From contig CAWAGQ010000011.1 of NCBI GenBank assembly GCA_963781585.1, forward strand, positions 128,001-192,000: a stretch of DNA of 64,000 nucleotides, read 5' to 3'. The translations under genes and the position numbers were made by a program. The DNA is from an uncultured Gemmatimonadaceae bacterium (lineage in GTDB: Bacteria > Gemmatimonadota > Gemmatimonadetes > Gemmatimonadales > Gemmatimonadaceae). Of this stretch, positions 38,133-48,116 are shown piece by piece. Each line of letters begins with the position of its first letter. Position 1 is the first letter of the stretch. The notes below the pieces were generated by a model that saw only the letters and a program-made list of their open reading frames with translations, ran no database searches and was not told the origin of the DNA.

Positions 38133-40676
38133 TCAGAACTTCGCGCGGACGCCGAGGCTGAGCGTGCGACCCGGGACGACAGTCACGTTGTCGGGTTCGC
38201 CGCGCTGCTGGCCCAGCAGATTGTCCCCTGTGAGGACGAGAGAGAAGCCACGCAACAAGTCGCGGGAGAGGCTCGCTCTCAACCGCGTCACTCCGCTGTA
38301 GTCGATCCAGTAGGAGCGCAGAAGCGCTCCCGTGAACTGGCCGGCGCCGCCCTGGGCCGTGGCGAGGTTCTGCGCCAGCGAAAGCCGATCATAGTTGATC
38401 CAGTTGGCGGCCCTGGTCACGCTCCAGGATGTCAGCCAATGCGTGCCGCGCCAACTGGCGGACAGACTGGTTGTGCGCGCGGGCACTTCGAGCATCCGGT
38501 CGCCCGGCCGAAGGTCTCCAGTGTAGCCGGCGGCGATGCGCTGGACCCGGCTGTCCACCAGCGACAGCGCCCCTGAAAGGGAAAGCCGGCCCAGATCGGC
38601 CGTGCTCTGAAACTCCCAACCGCGGTTGGCGACCTGCCCCATGTTCTGCAACTGATACCACACGTGCTGACCCTGCGTGGGCGTTCCCGACTGCGGGTCC
38701 GCGGTGACGGCAACGGACTGAATGAGCCCGGAGGCGTGCTGGTCGAAGCGCGTCACCTTGAGGGAGAGTGTCCTTCCGATCAGGATGTCGGTCCCGACCT
38801 CGATACCGGATTGCGTTTCCGGCTCCAGTTCGGGATCCCCGTTGTCGTCGCCGCTTCCCCTCCAGAGCATCCGGTGAAGTGGTGTCTGCGGCGGGCGAAT
38901 GCCCTTGCCGTAGGCGGCCCGCAGCTTCACCGTCACCGGCCCGCGATCCTTCACGTACGCAATCCCGAGCACGGGGAGTGTCGCCCACTGTGCCTCGTCG
39001 GTGTAGCCGCTGTTCCGCTCGAGCCGCAACCCGCTGGTCAGGAACCAGGTGTTGTGAATCGCGAGGCTGGTCTGCGCCACGAGTCCGGTCGTGTTACGCC
39101 ACGACACGGCGCGAGCCGGCGCGGCGGAGAACATCGGACCCAGGTCGGCAACGGTCGCTTCACGGAGGGTCGACTGTTCGGCAGTCAGCGTCACCCTGGC
39201 CGATGTCCTCTCGGGTGCGCCAAACCGTGCCACGCTGCTCAGACGCACGGTGCCCCGGTCGGCGCCCCCCCGCGCCGCCCGCAGCGCCGAGTCGGTGGCC
39301 GAGGGGATCGGTCCGTTGTCGAAGGCGACGTTCGTGAGACGATAGCCGTCGATTCCGAGCACCACGATGTGCGTCCAGCGGCTGCCGGCGAGCAGGGTCC
39401 CGGTGGTGCCTAACGTGTATTCCCGCACCGCCTGCGGCCCGGCGGGGTTGGGCGTGCCTGACGACTCCATCGAGTCCCCGGGCGGTCGCTCCAGATCATC
39501 GTACGTCCGGCGGGTGGACTGGGAATGCGACGCAAACCATGCCGCCAGCACCGGACTCGGCGCCGTACCGGCGCGCTCGTCGAAAAACCGGGCCGACCCC
39601 GTCAGACTGCCGTGCGCGCCGATCAGTCGAGTCGTGCCGTTCAGGCTGAGGTACCGGCTGTTTCCGTCGGCCACGAAGTTCCCCATGCTGCCGACCGTCA
39701 TGTCCAGATCGGCCGACCGCAGGCTGTTCCCTGCCCGGAGCGACAGCGCGTGATCCTGCACCAGCACACCAAGCGGCGAGAAGGCGCTGCGCGACACCCC
39801 CGCGCTGGTACGCAGCGTGGCACGCGGCTCGTCCGGCGACACGCCGTCGTGACGGGTCACGACGTTGATGACGCCGCTGACCGCGTCCGCCCCGTACAGC
39901 GCGGCGCCCTGCGGGCCACGAATCACCTCCACACGCTCCAGCGCTTCGGGATTGAACTGGGTCAGGAGAAGCGGATTGGCCACCTCGATGCCGTCGATGT
40001 ACACCTTTGGATAGTTCACGCCAAACGAGCTGGCGCCGCGGATACTCGCGTATCGTGACACCAGGCTCGCCGGGGACTGCTCCCAGACCCAGACGCCGGG
40101 AACGACGCCGTCGAGGGCATGCGAAAAATTGTCGGCGTCGCGCTGCTGCATCTCGCGCGAAGACACCACGTCCAGCAACATGGTGCGCGCGCGCTCGGTC
40201 GTGCCGGTCGTGCTTCCGGTGACCACTACGCGGTCGAGCGCCTCAGCCGATCGTGGCGGTGCCGCGGTCGCCCCGCTGTCGGGACGCGCGCGTCGCGGCG
40301 CGAGCACGACCTGGTCCGGACCAACGGCAACCGGCGTCACCGCCGCCCCGTCCAGGAAGCGCTGGAGTACGTCGCCCACCTGCGCCTTGACGAAATCGCC
40401 GCACACGCGTCGATCGAGCTCCAGCAACTCCGAGGAGTACGAGAAGCGGATGTGCGACGTGGCGCTCAGATGGTCGAGCGCGCTGCGCAGCGAGGTCGCG
40501 CCCACGTGCAGGGAAACGAGCCGGTCGAGCGGCGGAAGCCACTGGCGCGATTCCGCAGCCGAATGCTGCCCGCAGGGTTGGAGGGCGCGCGCCGTTCCCG
40601 GCGCCGCGGCCGCACCGACCGCGACGACGCAGGCAATGAACAGGCGAGGTCGGCCGGGATGGCCGACCCGCCTCAC
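38133..40676 (-). CDS. TonB-dependent transducer with N-terminal STN-like signalling domain
   Basis: SLRSALDHLS...IRFSYS N-terminal extension, plug ERVEVIRGPQGAALYG, LEPE, terminal Phe. Translationally coupled to fecR. Confidence 0.88.
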   Translation of the reverse strand: MRRVGHPGRPRLFIACVVAVGAAAAPGTARALQPCGQHSAAESRQWLPPLDRLVSLHVGATSLRSALDHLSATSHIRFSYSSELLELDRRVCGDFVKAQVGDVLQRFLDGAAVTPVAVGPDQVVLAPRRARPDSGATAAPPRSAEALDRVVVTGSTTGTTERARTMLLDVVSSREMQQRDADNFSHALDGVVPGVWVWEQSPASLVSRYASIRGASSFGVNYPKVYIDGIEVANPLLLTQFNPEALERVEVIRGPQGAALYGADAVSGVINVVTRHDGVSPDEPRATLRTSAGVSRSAFSPLGVLVQDHALSLRAGNSLRSADLDMTVGSMGNFVADGNSRYLSLNGTTRLIGAHGSLTGSARFFDERAGTAPSPVLAAWFASHSQSTRRTYDDLERPPGDSMESSGTPNPAGPQAVREYTLGTTGTLLAGSRWTHIVVLGIDGYRLTNVAFDNGPIPSATDSALRAARGGADRGTVRLSSVARFGAPERTSARVTLTAEQSTLREATVADLGPMFSAAPARAVSWRNTTGLVAQTSLAIHNTWFLTSGLRLERNSGYTDEAQWATLPVLGIAYVKDRGPVTVKLRAAYGKGIRPPQTPLHRMLWRGSGDDNGDPELEPETQSGIEVGTDILIGRTLSLKVTRFDQHASGLIQSVAVTADPQSGTPTQGQHVWYQLQNMGQVANRGWEFQSTADLGRLSLSGALSLVDSRVQRIAAGYTGDLRPGDRMLEVPARTTSLSASWRGTHWLTSWSVTRAANWINYDRLSLAQNLATAQGGAGQFTGALLRSYWIDYSGVTRLRASLSRDLLRGFSLVLTGDNLLGQQRGEPDNVTVVPGRTLSLGVRAKF

Positions 40677-41821
40677 TGCGGACCTCCTTTGGCGTGGATG
40701 ATCGCCGTGTCGCCGCGATGCTCCACCCGGGCTCCGAGCGCGAGCGCGACGTTCTGCAGCACTCGCTCCAGTGGTTCGCCGGTGAAGGTCATGGTCAGGT
40801 GACGCGATTCGAGGCTGGTGTCGGCAACCCGTACATCTACGCCGTACCATCGCCGCAGTTCCGAGCGCACCTCCGCCATCGTTGCCTCCCGGAACACCAG
40901 CCGCCCGGCGGTCCACGCGAAATCGTCGCTCGATGCCGCGCCCCTCTGCGCCACCACCCCCCCGTCGCGCGCGAGCACGCCGACGTCCGAATCGTGCAGA
41001 ACCACTCCGCGGTCCGCTGGTGCTCCGGCAGGTGAGAAAAGAACGGCTCCGGATCGCATTGCCACCCGGATTTCCGCGCCATCCTCCGATCGTACGCTGA
41101 AGCTGGTGCCCACGTCGCGAATGATCGCCCTCCCCACGTGCACCGTGAAGCCATGGGCGTCGTCATGCCGCACGTCGAAGAAGGCCTCGCCGGCAAGCGT
41201 CACCTCCCGCGCCGGGTCGCCGAAACGCTGCGCCACCTCGAGCCGGCTGCGTGGCCCGAGCACCACCAGGCTGCCGTCGGCCAGGTGCACGGAATCGCGC
41301 TCGCCTATGGCCGTCTCGTAGCTTCGTGTCAGCGCCGCGCGCAACGGGCCGCCGTCCGCCTGGCCGCGTCGCCGACCCACGCTGTTCCAGAGCAGGGTAC
41401 TCCCGGCGATGACGCCCACGAGCGCGGCCGCACGCAACGCGCCGTGCCGCCACCACGGCACGGGAGCGCGGAGCGGCACGTGCGTCCGCGGACGCACCGA
41501 ATCGTTCCGGTGCACGGCGACCCGGTGCAAAGCTGTCTCGACATCTCCCTCCCCGGCGACATCCCGGCGCAGCGCCACGCGGTGGAGCGCACCCTCGATG
41601 TCGATCTCCTCGGTGGCCACATTACCCACCCGATCGAGGATCCCATCGAGCGCGCCCACCAGCTCGGCATCAGCCGGATGAGCATCGAGCCAGGCGCGGA
41701 CCCGAGCTGTCTCGTCCGGCGGGCTCTCCTCAGCCAGAAACCGGGCAAGCATCTCCCAATCCGGAGTGCCGAGCGGCGACATCCTGGGGGGCGGTCCTTC
41801 AGGAGGGGGGGAGGCGGTCAT
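40673..41821 (-). CDS. fecR: FecR-family anti-sigma factor
   Basis: W..A.P N-terminal domain, one TM helix, LADGS.V.LGP.S, REVTLAGEAFFDV, DVGTSFSV, AWTAGRLVF. Confidence 0.9.
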   Translation of the reverse strand: MTASPPPEGPPPRMSPLGTPDWEMLARFLAEESPPDETARVRAWLDAHPADAELVGALDGILDRVGNVATEEIDIEGALHRVALRRDVAGEGDVETALHRVAVHRNDSVRPRTHVPLRAPVPWWRHGALRAAALVGVIAGSTLLWNSVGRRRGQADGGPLRAALTRSYETAIGERDSVHLADGSLVVLGPRSRLEVAQRFGDPAREVTLAGEAFFDVRHDDAHGFTVHVGRAIIRDVGTSFSVRSEDGAEIRVAMRSGAVLFSPAGAPADRGVVLHDSDVGVLARDGGVVAQRGAASSDDFAWTAGRLVFREATMAEVRSELRRWYGVDVRVADTSLESRHLTMTFTGEPLERVLQNVALALGARVEHRGDTAIIHAKGGPQ

Positions 41822-41925
41822 GCTATACCTATATACAGCCAGCCGCGGTCGTACCCTACGTTTCGCATTCTGCTCCGCCGCCCGGCGCCTGTAGTCGGAA
41901 GAGGGGAGGGGAGGGGTTGGTCCTT

Positions 41926-42038
41926 CGGCCTCTGGCCTTTGACTTCTGGCCTTTGACCTCTGGCCTTTGACCTCTGGCCTTTGACCTCTGGCCTTTTGGC
42001 CTCTGGCCTCTGGCCTCTGGCCTACAACCTTTGGCCTC
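41926..42038 (+). repeat. Heptamer tandem tract (TGRCCTY, about 16 units, partly a 14-mer TGGCCTTTGACCTC)
   Basis: Directly visible in the fecR-sigma divergent intergenic region. Confidence 0.95.
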
Positions 42039-42105
42039 CTACAGGAGTATCAGATCGCGCCTTTCGTTCAGCCAGTCGTTCTCCTTTGCCCGCCGCCGAC
42101 CGCGA

Positions 42106-42657
42106 ATGACCGACGAGGAGCAGTTCCAGCGCTTGCGTGACGGCGATTCGGCGGCTTTCGAGGAGATCTTTCGCACGTCATACGCGGCGCTTGTGGGAAG
42201 CGCGGAACGAATCGTACGCAGTCGCGCGCAAGCCGAGGAGATCGTGCAGGACGTGATGCTCGAATTGTGGCGCCGCCGTGAAACGCTCGCTCCGCATGGA
42301 TCGCCACAGGCATATCTCTTCCAATCGGTTCGCAACCGGGCGCTGAACGAGGTCCGTCACCAGCGGGTGGAGCGCCGCAACGAGCCGCACCTGTCACTCG
42401 AGCTCGCGCGACACGCCGGTGCCGACTCTGGCGCGATTGAAGAGGAGATCGAAGCGGCACTGCACGACGCGATCGTATCGTTGCCCCCGAAATGCCGCCA
42501 GGTATTCGAGATGAGTCGCGTACGCGGTTTGCGATACGCCGAGATCGCCCAGATCCTGGGGGTCTCGGTAAAGGCAGTGGAAGCGCACATGGGGCGTGCC
42601 CTGCGCACCATGCGCGAGCGTCTCGCGCCATGGCTGCCGGACGGGGAGGCGTTGTGA
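42106..42657 (+). CDS. ECF sigma-70 factor (FecI-like)
   Basis: AEEIVQDV..ELW, YLFQSVRNRALN, LPPKCRQVFEMSR..GLRYAEIA..LGVS.KAVE. Confidence 0.93.
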   Translation: MTDEEQFQRLRDGDSAAFEEIFRTSYAALVGSAERIVRSRAQAEEIVQDVMLELWRRRETLAPHGSPQAYLFQSVRNRALNEVRHQRVERRNEPHLSLELARHAGADSGAIEEEIEAALHDAIVSLPPKCRQVFEMSRVRGLRYAEIAQILGVSVKAVEAHMGRALRTMRERLAPWLPDGEAL

Positions 42658-42726
42658 GTGGGAGAGGGTGCGCCGCCACATGACCAGGCAATCACGAATG
42701 TGCGCCGGCAGTGGGGCTGATACGAC

Positions 42727-44343
42727 GTGCAGCCGATCGCGATGACGGTGGCACGCCGCGCGCGAATCTCATTCGTCGCATTGCTGGCGTGGGTCGTGCC
42801 CGCGCTGGCGGGCGCGCAGAACGTGGTGGGCGACACTGCAACGCATCGCGCTCCGGTCATTCGCGCCGTCGAGATCGCGCGACAGACTGTGTTCGACTCA
42901 CTCGAAGCCGAGTTCTGGCTCTATCATCTCGTCAACTCGCTTCACGTTCGTACCCGCCCCTATGTGATCCAGCGCGAGTTGCTCTTCGTCCCGGGTGAAC
43001 CCTACGATTCGGCGCGCGTCAACGAGTCCGAGCGCAACCTGCGCGCCCTCGGCATCTTCCAGGATGTGTCGATCGACACCGCGATGACCGATTCCGGCGT
43101 CGTGGTACGCGTTCGAACCATCGACGCCTGGACGACCACCGCCGGACTGGGACTGAGCACATCGGGGTCGCAGTACATTCTCGATCTGTCGCTCCAGGAG
43201 CTCAATTTCCTGGGCACGCATACCATTGCCGCGATCGGGTATGTGAACGATCCGGATCGCAGCAGCATCTCCGTCGGCGTCAGCACACCCCGCGTCATCA
43301 ACAACCGGATCGGCGTTGGCGCGTCGTACCTCGACCGGTCCGACGGGCATGCCGGGGCGCTGTCGCTCACCTATCCATTCGTGAGCCTCTCGTCACGCCA
43401 CGGCGGCTCGCTTCGTACGACATTCGTCAACGGCCGGGTGCTGCGGTTCTTTCGGGGCAATCCGGTTCCTTCTCAGGAGCTGCGTCGGCTGTATTCCATG
43501 GTTCGGGGTGACGCGGCCGTGGCGCTGATGGGCAGCCCGCGCGGCTACGTCCGGCTGGGTCTTGCCGCCCAGGTGCGACGCGAGGACTTCGGACCGGACG
43601 ACGGCTCGATCGCGATTCCACGGACCATCACCGCGGCCGCGGGGCCCACGCTCGGCGTCAGGCGGCCGCACTATATCCGGATGCACAACTACCAGACCAT
43701 GGGCCGCGTTGAGGACGTCGATCTCGGCGCCTGGATGCAGAGCGAGATTCTGGCTGCGCCCCGCGCCTGGGGCTATGACCGGGATGGCGTCGGCGCCGCG
43801 GTCACGGCCGGGATCGGGCATCGCATTCCTTCGGGATTCGTCCAGATCGTCGGAGGCGCCAACGCGCTCGTCACCAGCCAGGGAACGGACTCGGCGTCGG
43901 CCGGCGCGTCGGCCGTACTCGTTATGCAGGCCGGTCCGCGGCACCTGCTGGTGGCGCATGCCGGCGCGGGACTCCTCAGGAACCAGTTCCCGGGCGGCGA
44001 GTTCGACTACGGGCTGGGCAACGCCCTGCGCGCGTTTCCCGCGCACGCCTTCACCGGCAACCGTGAATACCAGCTCCACGCCGAGTATCGATTGATCATC
44101 TGGCCGCGCATCCTCGGCCTGGTGGGGGTCGGGGTCGCCGCGTTTGTCGATCACGCCGGTGCCTGGTACGACGGCCAGCCCTCGCGGACGGGGACGGATC
44201 TGGGCGTGGGGCTGCGGCTGGCCTCGCTGCGCGAGCCGGGGAGCGCTTGGCGCTTCGATCTGTCGCGCCGCCCGACAACCGACGTGCTGAGAGCGGCGTG
44301 GGTGATCTCGGTGGGGCGCGGGTTCGTCTTCCCGACGTTCTGA
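42727..44343 (+). CDS. Omp85/BamA-TamA-like outer membrane protein (POTRA + barrel)
   Basis: TRPYVIQRELLF..GE.Y...ESERNLRALGIF, ELNFLG, LRAFP, GVGLRL, terminal Phe. Confidence 0.8.
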   Translation: MQPIAMTVARRARISFVALLAWVVPALAGAQNVVGDTATHRAPVIRAVEIARQTVFDSLEAEFWLYHLVNSLHVRTRPYVIQRELLFVPGEPYDSARVNESERNLRALGIFQDVSIDTAMTDSGVVVRVRTIDAWTTTAGLGLSTSGSQYILDLSLQELNFLGTHTIAAIGYVNDPDRSSISVGVSTPRVINNRIGVGASYLDRSDGHAGALSLTYPFVSLSSRHGGSLRTTFVNGRVLRFFRGNPVPSQELRRLYSMVRGDAAVALMGSPRGYVRLGLAAQVRREDFGPDDGSIAIPRTITAAAGPTLGVRRPHYIRMHNYQTMGRVEDVDLGAWMQSEILAAPRAWGYDRDGVGAAVTAGIGHRIPSGFVQIVGGANALVTSQGTDSASAGASAVLVMQAGPRHLLVAHAGAGLLRNQFPGGEFDYGLGNALRAFPAHAFTGNREYQLHAEYRLIIWPRILGLVGVGVAAFVDHAGAWYDGQPSRTGTDLGVGLRLASLREPGSAWRFDLSRRPTTDVLRAAWVISVGRGFVFPTF

Positions 44344-44408
44344 GTCACGAGTGCTTGGGTCCGGCGGCGAGGTAATGTCTGCGAGTTGTATCAGCCGTCG
44401 CGGCACTC

Positions 44409-44437
44409 TTGACGCCTCGCGACCGGCATCCTATCAT
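44409..44437 (+). promoter_or_regulatory. Sigma70 promoter
   Basis: TTGACG-N17-TATCAT immediately upstream of the riboswitch. Confidence 0.75.
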
Positions 44438-44454
44438 CACCGCACAATCGAACG

Positions 44455-44507
44455 TCCGTGGTGATTTGCCGCCTATTGCCGCCACGTAAAACAATGAGCT
44501 AAAAAGC
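44455..44507 (+). ncRNA. SAM-II (SAM-alpha-type) riboswitch aptamer
   Basis: CGTGG-TGATTTG...TTGC..CCACG-TAAAACAA...GCTAAA matches the SAM-II pattern. P1 is 44457-44461/44482-44486; ATTG/CAAT and the 3' GCTAAA tail provide the pseudoknot elements. Confidence 0.8.
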
Positions 44508-44511
44508 GACG

Positions 44512-44548
44512 CGCCCGGCGGCAGTGTCAGCCCGGGCGTTTTCGTTTT
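44512..44548 (+). terminator. Intrinsic terminator downstream of the SAM-II aptamer
   Basis: CGCCCGG...CCGGGCG stem followed by TTTTCGTTTT. Confidence 0.7.
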
Positions 44549-44570
44549 GGTGCCTTTCACCGGCCAGTCC

Positions 44571-44681
44571 ATGATCGCGTATCGCGCGCAGTCATCGCAG
44601 GTCTGCATGTGTACACCCTGGCGGCCTCCCTCGGGAGAGCGGTCCGGGGTTGCCGTGCATGGCGCACGCGACCCGAGCTAG
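44571..44681 (+). CDS. Putative 36-aa leader peptide with Cys-Met-Cys (MIAYRAQSSQVCMCTPWRPPSGERSGVAVHGARDPS)
   Basis: Short ORF ending 23 nt before a terminator, with alternative pairings present. No obvious Shine-Dalgarno sequence. Confidence 0.5.
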   Translation: MIAYRAQSSQVCMCTPWRPPSGERSGVAVHGARDPS

Positions 44682-44704
44682 AGCGAGAAGTCGCTCCAGC
44701 GCCC

Positions 44705-44740
44705 GGCCCGGCCCTCCTCGAGGGCCGGGCCTCTTTTTTC
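44705..44740 (+). terminator. Attenuator terminator upstream of the ATP-grasp gene
   Basis: GGCCCGGCCCTC-CTC-GAGGGCCGGGCC followed by TCTTTTTT, about 20 nt before the start codon. Confidence 0.88.
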
Positions 44741-44760
44741 TTGCACGCAGGAGAAATGAT

Positions 44761-45803
44761 ATGACTGCCATTCAGACCTGGAGCCGGCCGCTCGCTGTGC
44801 TCCACGAACATCCCGACTGGTTCCGCCCGCTGTTCGCCGAGCTCGATCACCGGGGCCACGAGTATCGCCGGCTCGACGCGGCCTCGCACACCTACGATCC
44901 CGGTGAACGCGACGTGCCGTATTCGATCGTCTTCAATCGCGCCAGTCCGTCGGCGTATCTGCGCGGCCACGGCGCCTCCACCTTCTTCACGCTCCACTGG
45001 CTGCGTCACCTGGAGCGCCACGGCGTTCCGGTGGTCAACGGCAGCGCCGTCTATGCGCTGGAGCTCTCCAAGGCGTCGCAGCTCGATCTCCTCGATCAGC
45101 TCGGGTTGCCGTATCCGCGCGCGGTGATCATCAACGATCCCGCGCACGCCCTCGCGGCCGCCCGCCTGCTGCGCTACCCGATCCTGGTCAAGGCGAATAT
45201 CGGCGGCAGCGGCGCCGGCATCGTGCGCTACGACTCGCCGGCCGCCCTCGCCGACGCGGTGGCGGCGGGGGCGGTGGCCCTGAGCGTGGACGGCACGGCG
45301 CTGGTGCAGGAATGCGCGCCGCTGCGCGGGGGGCACATCACCCGCGTCGAAACGTTAGGCGGCCGCTATCTGTACGCGATCGATGTCTTTCCCGCGGCCG
45401 GCTCGTTCGACCTCTGCCCGGCCGATGCCTGCCAGACCACCAGCGGGGTGGAACTGGTGCGCGGCGCCTGCGCGGCCGACGCGCCCCGCGGCGGCCTCCG
45501 CGTCGAGGCCGCCCACCCGCCGGCCGCCGTCATCGCGCAGGTCGAGCGAATCGCCCGCGCCACGCAGCTCGATGTCGGCGGCATCGAGTATCTGATCGAT
45601 GATCGCGACGGCCAGGTCCGCTTCTATGATATCAACGCCCTCTCCAATTTCGTCGCCGATGCGCCGAACGTGATCGGCTTCGACCCGTTCGTGAACCTCG
45701 TCGACTACCTGGAATGGCGGGCACTCGGCGACCAATGCGACGCGTCATCCGCGGCGTTCGCGCCTCCCCGCCTCTCGCTCTCCACCGCTCACCACGTCAC
45801 GCC

Positions 45804-45807
<4 letters not shown>
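44761..45807 (+). CDS. RimK/GshB-like ATP-grasp ligase with a Cys-rich insert
   Basis: RBS AGGAG; VFNRASPS, SKASQ, YPILVKANIGGSGAGI, LVQE, GGIEYL, DINALSNF, and the insert FDLCPADACQ...GAC. Confidence 0.85.
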
Positions 45808-48070
<2,263 letters not shown>

Positions 48071-48116
48071 CTTTTAACACAGCTACTCTGCGGTGAAAAA
48101 GATTGCGGTGAAGAAA

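Noticed and set aside
44613..44700. Second metabolite-binding riboswitch aptamer
   Set aside because: Does not match SAM-I, SAM-IV or SAH patterns that I recognise; better explained as attenuator pairings.
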